From Halorhodospira halophila SL1 (GTDB lineage Bacteria > Pseudomonadota > Gammaproteobacteria > Nitrococcales > Halorhodospiraceae), in NCBI RefSeq assembly GCF_000015585.1, contig NC_008789.1:390001-422000 (forward strand): a stretch of DNA of 32,000 nucleotides, read 5' to 3'. The notes below the pieces were generated by a model that was not told the DNA's origin, searched no databases, and worked only from the letters and a program-made list of their open reading frames with translations. Each line of letters opens with the position of its first letter. The stretch's first letter is position 1. Below are positions 1 through 9,080 of the stretch, piece after piece. Position numbers and translations under genes: made by a program.

Positions 1-498
1 GAGCATCTGCACCAGACCGACCAGCGTACCGATCATGCCAAAGGCCGGGGCCTGTTCGCCCATGCTGCGGAAGATGCGCTGGCCCACCTCGTGGCGCTGC
101 ATGGACAGCTCCAGCTCCTCACGCAGGATGCGCTGCACCAGCTCCGGCTCCACGCCGTCCACCGTCAGATCCAGCGCCTTGCGGAAGAAGGGGTTGTGGA
201 CCTCGGCGTCCTCCAGGGCGAGGAACCCGTGCTTGCGGACCAGGGTAGCCAGCTCCTTGGTCTGGGTGATCAGGGCCGCCGGGTCATCCTGGCGCCGCTT
301 GAAGGCCTGGCTGGCCACCCGCACCGAGTTGATCACCTGGTGGAGCGAGAACTTGATCAGCGTCGCCGAGAAGGTCCCGCCGAATACGATGAGCACCGCG
401 GGTAGGTAGAAGAACTGCGCGGCGTCACCGCTGGCCGCGATGGCGATGAGGATGATGGTGATCCCGACCAGCAATCCCCCGAGGGTCGCCTTGTCCAA
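1..498 (-). CDS. motA: Flagellar motor stator protein MotA/PomA. Only the N-terminal 166 codons are present; the gene runs off the left edge of the window.
   Basis: My own reverse-strand translation (not in the ORF track because the start is TTG) gives MDKATLGGLLVGITIILIAIAASG...FGGTFSATLIKF...RKHGFLALEDAEVHNPFFRKALDLTVDG...APAFGMIGTLVGLVQML. This is colinear with Vibrio PomA / E. coli MotA, including the GMIGTLVGL motif. The TTG start at 498 is preceded by GGAGG with a 6-nt spacer. Confidence 0.85.
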   Translation of the reverse strand, partial: MDKATLGGLLVGITIILIAIAASGDAAQFFYLPAVLIVFGGTFSATLIKFSLHQVINSVRVASQAFKRRQDDPAALITQTKELATLVRKHGFLALEDAEVHNPFFRKALDLTVDGVEPELVQRILREELELSMQRHEVGQRIFRSMGEQAPAFGMIGTLVGLVQML

Positions 499-741
499 TG
501 TTCGCCTCCAGAATGTGCGCGCTCCTTCGCCACGACGGGGAACGGGCGAGCGGGCCCCCATTTTGCCGGACTGCTCCTCAAGGTCCAGCCCCACCCGCAC
601 AGCGACCCGGGGGATCCGTGCACCCTGCCCCCCCGGTGCGCGGCGCTGGACCAGCGCCCCGGGACCGGCCGAGGCCTTGTCACACGCGGCGCTCTCGCCA
701 ACACTACGCCGCCCGACCTGACCATTCCGTTCCCACGATCC

Positions 742-1620
742 ATGCCGTACCTGCTCCTGGTCACCCTGCTCTGGGCCTTCTCCTTCAGCCTGATCGGCGA
801 GTACCTCTCCGGTCAGGTGGATGACGATTTCGCTGTCCTCAGCCGGGTGGCGCTGGCCGCCCTGGTCTTTTTGCCCCTGGCGCGGTTTCGCGGCCTGTCG
901 CTGCCGCTGACCGGCGGACTGATGCTGCTCGGGGCGCTGCAGTTCGGGGTGACGTACCTCTGCCTCTACCGCTCCTTCGCCTACCTGACGGTGCCGGAGG
1001 TGCTGCTGTTCACCATCACCACGCCCCTGTACGTCGCCCTGCTCGACGACGCCCTGCACCGGCGCTTTGCACCGGTGGCGCTGCTCGCCGCGGCGCTGGC
1101 GGTCCTGGGGGCCGGGGTGATCCGCTACGACGGCATCACCGGCGACTTCCTGCTCGGCTTCCTGCTGCTGCAGGTAGCCAACGCCGCCTTCGCCGCCGGA
1201 CAGGTGGGGTACAAGCACCTGCTGCTGCGCCACCCCATCGAGGTGCCGGCCTACCGCATCTTCTTCTACTTTTTCCTCGGCGCGCTGCTGGTGGCCGCCC
1301 CGAGCTTCGCCGTCTTCGGCGACCCGAGCCTGATGCCGAGCAGTGGGCTGCAGTGGGGTGTGCTGGTCTGGCTGGGCCTGGCAGCGTCCGGGCTGGGGCT
1401 CTATCTGTGGAACCAGGGCGCCCGGGTGGTGGACGGTGGCACGCTGGCGGTGATGAACAACCTGCTCGTCCCCGCCGGGCTGCTCGTCAATCTGCTGCTC
1501 TGGGAGCGGGACGCCGACCTGCTGCGTCTGGCTGTCGGCGGCGGCGTCATCGTCGCCGCGCTGTGGATCAATGCCCGCTTCTCGCGCTATGCGGTCCTCG
1601 GCACCGGGAGACCGGCGTGA
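742..1620 (+). CDS. EamA/DMT-superfamily (10-TM) transporter, carboxylate/amino acid/amine transporter type.
   Basis: The 292-aa product is very hydrophobic, with about 10 predicted helices. Its N-terminus LLLVTLLWAFSFSLIG is typical of EamA repeats. The stop overlaps the next gene's start (GTGA). Confidence 0.7.
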   Translation: MPYLLLVTLLWAFSFSLIGEYLSGQVDDDFAVLSRVALAALVFLPLARFRGLSLPLTGGLMLLGALQFGVTYLCLYRSFAYLTVPEVLLFTITTPLYVALLDDALHRRFAPVALLAAALAVLGAGVIRYDGITGDFLLGFLLLQVANAAFAAGQVGYKHLLLRHPIEVPAYRIFFYFFLGALLVAAPSFAVFGDPSLMPSSGLQWGVLVWLGLAASGLGLYLWNQGARVVDGGTLAVMNNLLVPAGLLVNLLLWERDADLLRLAVGGGVIVAALWINARFSRYAVLGTGRPA

Positions 1621-3176
1621 GCCGCCCCGGGGCGTTGATCCGGCGTTGCGGCGCCGCGCTGGTCCTGCTCGGCGCCCTGATCGGCTGCGCGCCGGTCCAC
1701 CAGGCGCCGGAGACGCCCCAGCAGCCCGCCCGGCTGCCGGCCACCGAAGGCCCCCTGGCCGAGTGGCTCCGGGCGGTTCCCGCGGCGCGGCAGGGGGCCA
1801 CCGGCTTCCAGCTCATCACCGGCGGCCTCGAGGCCTACCAGTGGCGGGCGCACAGCGCTCGCATGGCCGAGCAGCGGCTTCACCTCCAGTACTACATCTG
1901 GCGCGACGACGAGGCCGGGCGCCTGCTCCTCGCCGAACTGCTCGACGCCGCCGAACGCGGTGTGGACGTGGCGCTGTTGCTCGATGACATGGACGTGCGC
2001 GGCAATGACCGCCCCCTGGCGGCGCTGGACGCCCACCCCAACGCCGAGGTGCGGCTGTTCAACCCCTACCGCGCCCGCTCCGGCGCGCTGCGGGCCGGGG
2101 TAGAGCTGCTGCTGCGCGCCAGCGATCTCAATCACCGCATGCACAACAAGGCGTGGATCGCCGACGGGCGCCTGGCCATCGTCGGTGGGCGCAACATCTC
2201 CAACGCCTACTTCTACGCCGGCGATCCGTTCAACTTCATGGACATCGACCTGGCCATGGCCGGCCCGCTGGCCCACCAGGCCGACCGCGCCTTCACCGAC
2301 TACTGGAACAGCCCGGCCGCCATCCCCATCGATCAGCTCCAGCGCGCGCGGGCCAATGCCAAGACCCTGGAGCGGTTCCAGGAACGCCTGCGCGCCTGGC
2401 GCGACGAGCAGGCCGACCACCCCTTGCGCCACCACGCAGCCGATCCGCCGGCGCAGCTGCGCGAGACCGACGCCTACACCTGGACCCGGGACGCCGAACT
2501 GGCCGTGGACAACCCGAGCAAGGCCCTGGGCCACACCGGGCAGCCGACCACCCGCGCGGTGCTCAACGCCCTCACCGAGCGCTTTGCCGGCGTCGAGGAG
2601 CGCCTGACCCTGGCCTCGCCCTACTTCATCCCCGGTGCCGAGGGCACCGCCGGGCTGACCGGCCTGGCGCAGCGCGGGGTCGAGGTCGCGATCCTCACCA
2701 ACTCGCTGGCCGCCACCGACGTGGCCCTGGCCCACAGCGGCTACGCCCGGCGCCGGCAGACCCTGCTTGAAGCGGGGGTCGATCTCTACGAACTGCGTCC
2801 CAGCGCCTGGCAGCACTACCGCGCCGACGCCGCCTTTGGCCTGGGTGCCTCGCGGGCGAGCCTGCACACCAAGGGGGCGGTCTTCGACGGCCGCGCGTTC
2901 TTCCTCGGCTCCTTCAACCTCGACCCGCGCTCGGCCCACATCAATACGGAGCTGGGGGTCTTCGTCCGCGATGCTGGGATGGCCGAGACGCTGGAGGCGA
3001 TCTTCCAGCAGGCCGCCGAGCCCCGCTTCGCCTACCAGCTGCACCTCTCGGACCGGGGCGCCGTGCGCTGGCAGGACGACACCGGCGCCACCTACCGCCG
3101 CGACCCCAAGGCCGGCTGGTGGCGGCGCTTCGTGGCGGGTTTCGCGCGCCTGCTGCCCATCGAGTCGCAGCTCTAG
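1617..3176 (+). CDS. Phospholipase D / cardiolipin-synthase-like family lipoprotein with two HKD motifs.
   Basis: Two HxKxxxxD motifs are present: HRMHNKAWIADGRLAIVGGRNISNAY and LHTKGAVFDGRAFFLGSFNLDPRS. The N-terminus has a lipobox (LLGALIG-C). I place the start at the in-frame GTG at 1617, overlapping the EamA stop (GTGA). The ORF-track start at 1353 would overlap EamA by 268 nt. Confidence 0.85.
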   Translation: MSRPGALIRRCGAALVLLGALIGCAPVHQAPETPQQPARLPATEGPLAEWLRAVPAARQGATGFQLITGGLEAYQWRAHSARMAEQRLHLQYYIWRDDEAGRLLLAELLDAAERGVDVALLLDDMDVRGNDRPLAALDAHPNAEVRLFNPYRARSGALRAGVELLLRASDLNHRMHNKAWIADGRLAIVGGRNISNAYFYAGDPFNFMDIDLAMAGPLAHQADRAFTDYWNSPAAIPIDQLQRARANAKTLERFQERLRAWRDEQADHPLRHHAADPPAQLRETDAYTWTRDAELAVDNPSKALGHTGQPTTRAVLNALTERFAGVEERLTLASPYFIPGAEGTAGLTGLAQRGVEVAILTNSLAATDVALAHSGYARRRQTLLEAGVDLYELRPSAWQHYRADAAFGLGASRASLHTKGAVFDGRAFFLGSFNLDPRSAHINTELGVFVRDAGMAETLEAIFQQAAEPRFAYQLHLSDRGAVRWQDDTGATYRRDPKAGWWRRFVAGFARLLPIESQL

Positions 3177-4174
3177 GCCAGCTGCTGCGGGCTCGCCATG
3201 CCGTCGAGCGCCGGCTCGAGGGCCTCGAGCAGTGCCCGACGCGCCTCCGGCGTGCGCGCCCGGGTGGCCTGCTCGACCACCGCCTCGGTCAGGTGCGGCG
3301 CAAAGAGGTGGATGAAGGCGTACATGAACCCGCGCAGGTGGCTGCCCCGCCGGAAGCCGATGCTGGTGGTGCTCGGCGCAAAGAGGTGGCTGGCGTCGCG
3401 GGCCACCAGCCCCTCGTCGGTGTCCGGGTCGAAGGCCATGCTGGCGATGATCCCCACCCCCACCCCGAGCTGCACGTAGGTCTTGATCACCTCGGCGTCG
3501 GTGGCGGTGAAGACCACCTCCGGGTCGAGCCCGGCGCCCTGGAAGGCCGCATCGAGCTGGGAGCGGCCGGTGAAGCCGAAGACGTAGGTGACCAGCGGAT
3601 GGGCGGCCAGGGCCTCCAGGGTCAACGGCTCGGTCTCGGCCAGGGGGTGATCGGCGGGCACCACCACGCTGCGGTTCCAGCGGTAGCACGGCATCATCAC
3701 CAGGTCCTCGAAGTGCTCCATGGCCTCGGTGGCGATGGCAAAGTCCACCTCGCCCCGGGCGGCGAGCTCGGCGATCTGCATCGGCGTGCCCTGGTGCATG
3801 TGCAGGCTGACGTTGGGGTAGCGGGCGCGGAAGCGCTGGATGACCCGCGGCAGGGCGTACTTGGCCTGGGTCTGGGTGGTGGCGATGGTCAGCTGACCGC
3901 GCTCCTGGCCGGCGTAGTCGGCGGCGATGGCGCGGATGTTGCGCGCCTCCTCGAGCAGTCGGGCGGTGGCCTCGATGATGCGCTCGCCGGCCGGGGTCAG
4001 ATGGGAGAGGCTCTTGCCGCTGCGCACAAAGATCTGCACCCCGAGTTCGTCCTCGAGGGCCTGGATCTGCTTGCTCACCCCGGACTGCGACGTGTATAGG
4101 GCGTCCGCCGCCGCCGAGATATTCAGGTTGCGGTGGACCACCTCGTGGATGAACTGCAGCTGCCTGAGCTTCAT
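3173..4174 (-). CDS. cysB: LysR-family transcriptional regulator CysB, the master regulator of sulfur assimilation.
   Basis: The 333-aa product is colinear with E. coli CysB over essentially its full length: MKL.QL..I.EVV..NLN.S..A..LYTSQ.G.SKQ...LEDELG.QIF.RSGK.L...TPAG, TATDA.VIKTYV.LG.GVG.IASMA, FAPHLT. The start is set at the ATG at 4174 (MKLRQL), not the upstream ATG at 4366. Confidence 0.9.
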   Translation of the reverse strand: MKLRQLQFIHEVVHRNLNISAAADALYTSQSGVSKQIQALEDELGVQIFVRSGKSLSHLTPAGERIIEATARLLEEARNIRAIAADYAGQERGQLTIATTQTQAKYALPRVIQRFRARYPNVSLHMHQGTPMQIAELAARGEVDFAIATEAMEHFEDLVMMPCYRWNRSVVVPADHPLAETEPLTLEALAAHPLVTYVFGFTGRSQLDAAFQGAGLDPEVVFTATDAEVIKTYVQLGVGVGIIASMAFDPDTDEGLVARDASHLFAPSTTSIGFRRGSHLRGFMYAFIHLFAPHLTEAVVEQATRARTPEARRALLEALEPALDGMASPQQLA

Positions 4175-4263
4175 GGCCGTCCCTCGTGGCGCCGGATGGT
4201 CGCGGGCCGGCCCCGCCTCCTCGCCGGGCCGGCCCCTTTCCAGCGTACACCTGCGGATCCGGC

Positions 4264-5484
4264 TCAGCAGGAGGCGGGCTGGCGCGACTGCCGCGACTCG
4301 TCGCCGAAGAACCAGGGCCGCAGGCGCACCCCGACCACATTGCCGAGGAAGGCGAAGACCAGCCACACCCAGCCGTGGAGGCTGCCCGAGGCGATGCCGC
4401 CGAAGTAGGCGCCGATGTTGCAGCCGAAGGCCAGCCGCGCGCCGTAGCCGAGCAACAGGCCACCGATGATCGACGCCGCCAGTGCCCGGGGCGGGATGCG
4501 CAGGCTCGGCGCCAGGCGCCCGGCGAGCACCGCCGCCAGCAGCGCGCCGAGGATGATGCCGAAGTTGACCACCGAGGTGGCGTCGGCCAGCACACTGGCC
4601 TCCAGCGCCCGGGCGTTACCCGGCAGCTGCCAATAGCCCCACTGGGCCACCTCGATGCCCACCGCCTCGAAGCCCTTGGCGCCCCACAGGGCGAAGGCGG
4701 CGGTGATCCCCCAAGGCCGTCCGGAGAGGATCAGGGTCAGGGCGTTGAGCAGGGCCAGGGCCACCGCCCCCCAGATCAGCGGCCACGGGCCGCGCAGGAA
4801 CCGCTGCCAACCGGCGCGCTCGGCCGCCGCCGGCTGCTCCAACGCGCCGTGGCGGCGGCGTTCGAAGTACACGGTGCCTGCATAGATGGTGGCGAACAAC
4901 GCCAGGCTCAGGGCCAGACCGCCGGTCACCCCCAGCCCCTCGACCACCGACACCGCCTCGAAGGCCGGCCGATCCCACCACCAGTCGACGTGGTGGGTGG
5001 CGATCACCGAGCCGAGGATGAAGCCGAGCAGCGTGATCACCATCCGTGCGTTGCCGCCGCCGACGGTGAACAGCGTCCCCGAGGCGCAGCCGCCCCCGAT
5101 CTGCATGCCGACCCCGAACAGGAAAGAGCCCACCACGACGGCCACCCCCACCGGGAAGACGTAGCCACTGAGCTCGTTGCCGAAGGCCGAGCCGGCATCC
5201 AGGAGCGGGAAGAAGAGCACCACCGCCACCGCCAGCATGACCATCTGCGCCCGCAGCCCGCGCCCGCGGCGCTCGTTGATGAACACCCGCCACGCCGCGG
5301 TAAAGCCGAAGGCGGCGTGGTAGAGCACCACGCCAAATGCCCCGCCGACGATCAGCAGAGCGGCCTGGGTGGGGCTGATGAACTGCCAGAGGTAGAGCGC
5401 CCCGATGGCCAGCAGGCCAAGGCTGGCCCAACCGGCCACCGGGGCGACACGGCCCCGCGCGGTCAGGGTGATGGATGACGACAT
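4264..5484 (-). CDS. yeeE: YeeE/YedE-family inner-membrane sulfur-compound (thiosulfate) transporter, TsuA-like.
   Basis: The 406-aa polytopic protein has the two family signature cysteine loops, GGGCASGTLF and AFGCNIGAYFGGIASG. The ATG at 5484 is preceded by GGGAGG with a 7-nt spacer, so it is preferred over the ATG at 5511. Confidence 0.85.
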   Translation of the reverse strand: MSSSITLTARGRVAPVAGWASLGLLAIGALYLWQFISPTQAALLIVGGAFGVVLYHAAFGFTAAWRVFINERRGRGLRAQMVMLAVAVVLFFPLLDAGSAFGNELSGYVFPVGVAVVVGSFLFGVGMQIGGGCASGTLFTVGGGNARMVITLLGFILGSVIATHHVDWWWDRPAFEAVSVVEGLGVTGGLALSLALFATIYAGTVYFERRRHGALEQPAAAERAGWQRFLRGPWPLIWGAVALALLNALTLILSGRPWGITAAFALWGAKGFEAVGIEVAQWGYWQLPGNARALEASVLADATSVVNFGIILGALLAAVLAGRLAPSLRIPPRALAASIIGGLLLGYGARLAFGCNIGAYFGGIASGSLHGWVWLVFAFLGNVVGVRLRPWFFGDESRQSRQPASC

Positions 5485-5766
5485 GCTAGAGCCTCCCGTA
5501 TCGATGGGCACCGGCCCCGTCGGATCGCGGGACCGCCTGGATCGAGAGGCTACGCCGGGCGACCCGGCGCCGTGAAAGAACGCTTTGGCCTATGCATATT
5601 CCGGCGCGGGGCCTCCGGAAGGGGGTCTCATCGGCCCACCCGGGACACGAATGCGGCGCCGGGGATCAATTGCCACACGCCCGCCCCGCTGATTGTTGAC
5701 TTCGTGGTAGGGTTGAAACATTGGGGTCGTCCAGACCCTGTTCCGGACCACCAGCGAGGAACGGCT

Positions 5767-8226
5767 TTGTCGGGCAACAGCAACCCCACTCGACACCCGC
5801 CAGGTACCACCGCCACGCCGGCGACGATCGCCGCATGGGGATCAGCGGAGTGCGACTGGCTGCGTGCCCTGGACGCCATCTCCGAACCGGTCTTCATCCA
5901 CGACGAGCACTACCGCATCCTGGCGGCCAACCGGGCCTACGCCGAGCGCGCCGGGCTAACCCCCGAAGAGTTCCGCCAACGCCCTTACTGGGAAGTCTTC
6001 CCGCATGGGGACGGACCACTGCCCAGCTGCCGGGCTGCCATGGATCAGGGCGGGTGCGGCCAGCACCGCAACCACCGCGGGGAGATCACCGAGGAGCTGG
6101 CCCTACCCAGCGGCGAGGTCTTCATCTCTCGCTCCTTCGCCGTCACCGACGCCACCGGCCACTATAAGCAGTCGGTGCACATCCTCGAGGACGTCACCGA
6201 GCAGCGCCGGCGCGAGCACCGACTCAGCGTAGCCGAGTCCCGGGCCCGGGAGCGCGAGCACCAGCTCGACCGCGTGCTGAGCAACACCGCCGAGGGCATC
6301 CTGGTTGTGGACGAGCACGGCCGGATCGTCTACGCCAACGCCACTGCCGGCACCCTGACTGGCCATTCGCCCGCGGAGCTGATCGGCCAGGATTTCGGCT
6401 TCCCGGTGGCCACCGGGAGCCCTGCAGAGATCGAGCTGCACACCAGCGGCAACGGCAACCGCATTGTCGAGATGCGCGCCCGGACCATGCGCTGGGAGGG
6501 CAAGCCGGCCTTCGTCCTCAACCTCCACGACGTCACTGAACGCAAGCGCGTCGAGCGGGAGCTGCGCCAGGCGGCCATCGTCTTCGAGGAGGCCCGGGAG
6601 GGGGTGATCATCACCGACGCCGAGGCCAACATCGTCGCCGTCAACCACGCCTTCACCCAGATCACCGGTTACGATGAGGATCAGGCCCTGGGGTGCAACC
6701 CCCGCTTCCTCGCCTCCGGCTTCCACACCCCAGCCTTCTACCAGGCCATGTGGGAGGCGATCCGCAGCCACGGCTACTGGACCGGCGAGATCTGGAACCG
6801 CCGCAACGACGGCACCACTTTCGCCGAGCTGGCCACCATCCGCGAACTGCGCGATGAATCCGGACGCCCGACCCACTACATCGGGGTCTTCTCGGACATC
6901 TCGCGGATCAAGGAGTACCAGACCCAGCTCGAACGGGTCCTTCACCTGGATCCGCTCACCGAGCTACCCAACCGGCTGCTCTTCCACGACCGCCTGGAAC
7001 AGGCCCTACGCCAACACCAGCGCCAGCGGACCAATGAGAACGCCGTGGCGGTGCTGGTCGTCGATCTGAGCGACTTCCGCGCCGTCAATGACAGCCTCGG
7101 CCACGCCATCGGCGATCGCACCCTGCGCATCGTCGGCGAGCGCCTGGACTCCGCCATGGGCGATTCGGCCACCGTGGCCCGGCTCAGCGGTGACGAGTTC
7201 GGCGTGCTGCTGCCGCAGCTGGCCACCGCCGACGATGCCGCCAGCGCCGCCGAGCGGCTGATTGAGGCCGCCGAGGCGCCGCTGGAGATCGACGGCCACC
7301 AGATCCCGATCACCCTGCGCGTCGGGCTGAGCACCTTCCCGGACCAGGCCCAGGGGGCCAATGTACTGCTCGAGCAGGCCGACGCGGCCATGTACGAGGC
7401 CAAGAGCGAGGGCGTGAGCTACCGCTTCTTCAGCGAGGAGCTGACCGAGCGCGCCCGCGAGCGCATCGAACTCGGTGCCGAGCTGCGTCAAGCGCTGGCC
7501 GGCGAGGAGCTCGCCCTGCACTTCCAGCCCCAAGTAGACCTGGACAGCGGACGCTGGATCGGCCTCGAAGCGCTACTGCGCTGGCCCCATCCGCGGCGTG
7601 GCCCGATCTCGCCGGGGCGCTTCATCCCGGTGGCCGAGCGCACCGGGCTGATGTGCCAGCTCGGCGCCTGGGTGCTGCAGCGCGCCTGCCGGCAGTACCA
7701 GACCCTGCTCGACGCCGGTCAGGACTGGGGCCGCCTGGCGATCAACATCACCGCCCCCGAGCTGGCCGACCCCACCTTCGTCGAGCGGGTGATGCGCACC
7801 CTGGAGGAGACCGGGCTGGCGGCGGAGCGCCTGGAGCTGGAGATCACCGAGAGCCTGCTGGTCAACACCGACGAGCGCATCATCGAGCGGCTCGACGCGC
7901 TGCGCCGGCACGGTGTACGGGTGGCGGTGGACGACTTCGGCACGGGTTACTCGGCGCTGAGCTACCTCAAGGACCTACCGGTGGACCGGCTGAAGATCGA
8001 CCGCTCCTTCATCGACAACGTCGATCAACCCTCCCGGGGGGCGACCATCACCCGCGCCATCCTCGCCCTCGGCCAGAGCCTGGAGCTGGAGGTGATCGCC
8101 GAGGGCATCGAGACCGAGGCCCAGCGTCGCACCCTGCAGGAGGCCGGCTGCCTGCAGGGCCAGGGCTTCTTCCTCGCGCGGCCCGCCCCACTGGAGCAGC
8201 TCCGCCCACCGGACCCGGCGCCGTAG
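5767..8226 (+). CDS. Cyclic-di-GMP signalling protein with PAS-PAS(-PAC)-GGDEF-EAL architecture.
   Basis: There are PAS blocks (ISEPVFIHDEHYRILAANRAY; AEGILVVDEHGRIVYANA; REGVIITDAEANIVAVNHAF...GYWTGEIWNRRNDG). The GGDEF domain has an SGDEF site (RLSGDEFGV). The EAL domain is intact (EALLRW, EITES, DDFGTGYS, KIDRSF, EGIET, QGQGFF). The start is uncertain. I chose the in-frame TTG at 5767, which is preceded by GAGGAA; the ORF track opens at the GTG at 5572. Confidence 0.85.
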   Translation: MSGNSNPTRHPPGTTATPATIAAWGSAECDWLRALDAISEPVFIHDEHYRILAANRAYAERAGLTPEEFRQRPYWEVFPHGDGPLPSCRAAMDQGGCGQHRNHRGEITEELALPSGEVFISRSFAVTDATGHYKQSVHILEDVTEQRRREHRLSVAESRAREREHQLDRVLSNTAEGILVVDEHGRIVYANATAGTLTGHSPAELIGQDFGFPVATGSPAEIELHTSGNGNRIVEMRARTMRWEGKPAFVLNLHDVTERKRVERELRQAAIVFEEAREGVIITDAEANIVAVNHAFTQITGYDEDQALGCNPRFLASGFHTPAFYQAMWEAIRSHGYWTGEIWNRRNDGTTFAELATIRELRDESGRPTHYIGVFSDISRIKEYQTQLERVLHLDPLTELPNRLLFHDRLEQALRQHQRQRTNENAVAVLVVDLSDFRAVNDSLGHAIGDRTLRIVGERLDSAMGDSATVARLSGDEFGVLLPQLATADDAASAAERLIEAAEAPLEIDGHQIPITLRVGLSTFPDQAQGANVLLEQADAAMYEAKSEGVSYRFFSEELTERARERIELGAELRQALAGEELALHFQPQVDLDSGRWIGLEALLRWPHPRRGPISPGRFIPVAERTGLMCQLGAWVLQRACRQYQTLLDAGQDWGRLAINITAPELADPTFVERVMRTLEETGLAAERLELEITESLLVNTDERIIERLDALRRHGVRVAVDDFGTGYSALSYLKDLPVDRLKIDRSFIDNVDQPSRGATITRAILALGQSLELEVIAEGIETEAQRRTLQEAGCLQGQGFFLARPAPLEQLRPPDPAP

Positions 8227-8227
8227 G

Positions 8228-8252
8228 CCGGCGGCGCGCTGCGCGCCGCCGG
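8228..8252 (+). terminator. GC-rich hairpin just after the GGDEF-EAL stop. It is a possible terminator or mRNA stabiliser and has no U-tract.
   Basis: ccggcggcgcg-ctg-cgcgccgccgg forms an 11-bp perfect stem with a 3-nt loop, beginning 2 nt after the TAG stop. It is followed by G-rich rather than T-rich sequence. Confidence 0.3.
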
Positions 8253-8308
8253 GGGGCAGTGCGGAATACTGCATAAGCCCTTGCACAACCAGGGAGAGGT
8301 GCGCCAAA

Positions 8309-9061
8309 TTGAAACTGATGGATCCTTCAGCCGTCCAGGTCGCTGATTACCGGGCCGCCATCTTCGACATGGACGGTGTGGTGACCCGTACCGCCACGGT
8401 ACACGCGCGGGCCTGGAAAGAGATGTTCGACACCTTCCTGCAGGAACACGCCGCGCGGACCGGCACGCCCTACCGGCCTTTCGACGCCGAGACCGAATAC
8501 TGGGAACACGTCGACGGCCTGCCCCGGCAGGAGGGGGTGCGCCGCTTCCTCGCCGCCCGCGGCATCGAACTCCCCGAGGGCGAGGACGGCGACCCGCCGG
8601 AGCGCGACACCATCCACGGCCTGGGCCAGCGCAAGGACCAGCTGATCCAGACGGTCATCGAACGCGACGGCGTGGAGGTCTTCCCGGACTGGCTGGAGCG
8701 GGTGCAGCAGTGGCGCGCGGCCGGGGTGAAGACGGCCATCGTCTCCTCGAGTCGCAACTGCCGGACGATGATCCGCGCCGCCGGGATCGAGGCGCTCTTC
8801 GATGCCCGGGTGGACGGCGAGACCGCCCGCGAGCTGGGCCTGCGCGGCAAGCCGGACGCCGACATCTTCCTGGTGGCCGCCGAACGGCTGGGTGTAGCGC
8901 CGGAGCAGAGCGTCATCTTTGAGGACGCCATCTCCGGCGTGCAGGCCGGGGCCGCCGGCCCCTTCGCCCTAGTGGTAGGGGTGGCCCGCCACGACAACCA
9001 CGACGTCCTGCGTGAGCACGGCGCCGATATCGCCGTGACCGCGCTGACCGAACTGAGCTGA
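8309..9061 (+). CDS. HAD-superfamily hydrolase, beta-phosphoglucomutase-family type.
   Basis: It has the DxDG nucleophile motif (IFDMDGVVT), the SSS motif (AIVSSSRN), GKPDADIF and FEDAISGVQAG. The TTG start at 8309 lies about 9 nt after GGGAGAGG. An alternative in-frame ATG is at 8318. Confidence 0.8.
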   Translation: MKLMDPSAVQVADYRAAIFDMDGVVTRTATVHARAWKEMFDTFLQEHAARTGTPYRPFDAETEYWEHVDGLPRQEGVRRFLAARGIELPEGEDGDPPERDTIHGLGQRKDQLIQTVIERDGVEVFPDWLERVQQWRAAGVKTAIVSSSRNCRTMIRAAGIEALFDARVDGETARELGLRGKPDADIFLVAAERLGVAPEQSVIFEDAISGVQAGAAGPFALVVGVARHDNHDVLREHGADIAVTALTELS

Positions 9062-9080
9062 GGCACAGGAGGCGCGAGCG

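Noticed and set aside
1353-1616. The N-terminal extension of the phospholipase-D ORF as given in the ORF track.
   Set aside because: It would overlap the EamA gene by 268 nt in another frame. The in-frame GTG at 1617 yields a proper lipoprotein signal peptide and a GTGA coupling overlap.
4175-4366. A 64-codon upstream extension of the cysB ORF.
   Set aside because: CysB homology begins exactly at MKLRQL (ATG at 4174). The extension is Arg/Ala-rich and would overlap the 3' end of yeeE.
1587-4595. A 1002-aa ORF on the minus strand.
   Set aside because: Its translation is Arg/Gly/Pro/Ala-rich low complexity. It lies antisense or off-frame to three genes with clear family signatures (PLD HKD motifs, CysB, YeeE). 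This is a typical high-GC stop-codon-poor artefact.
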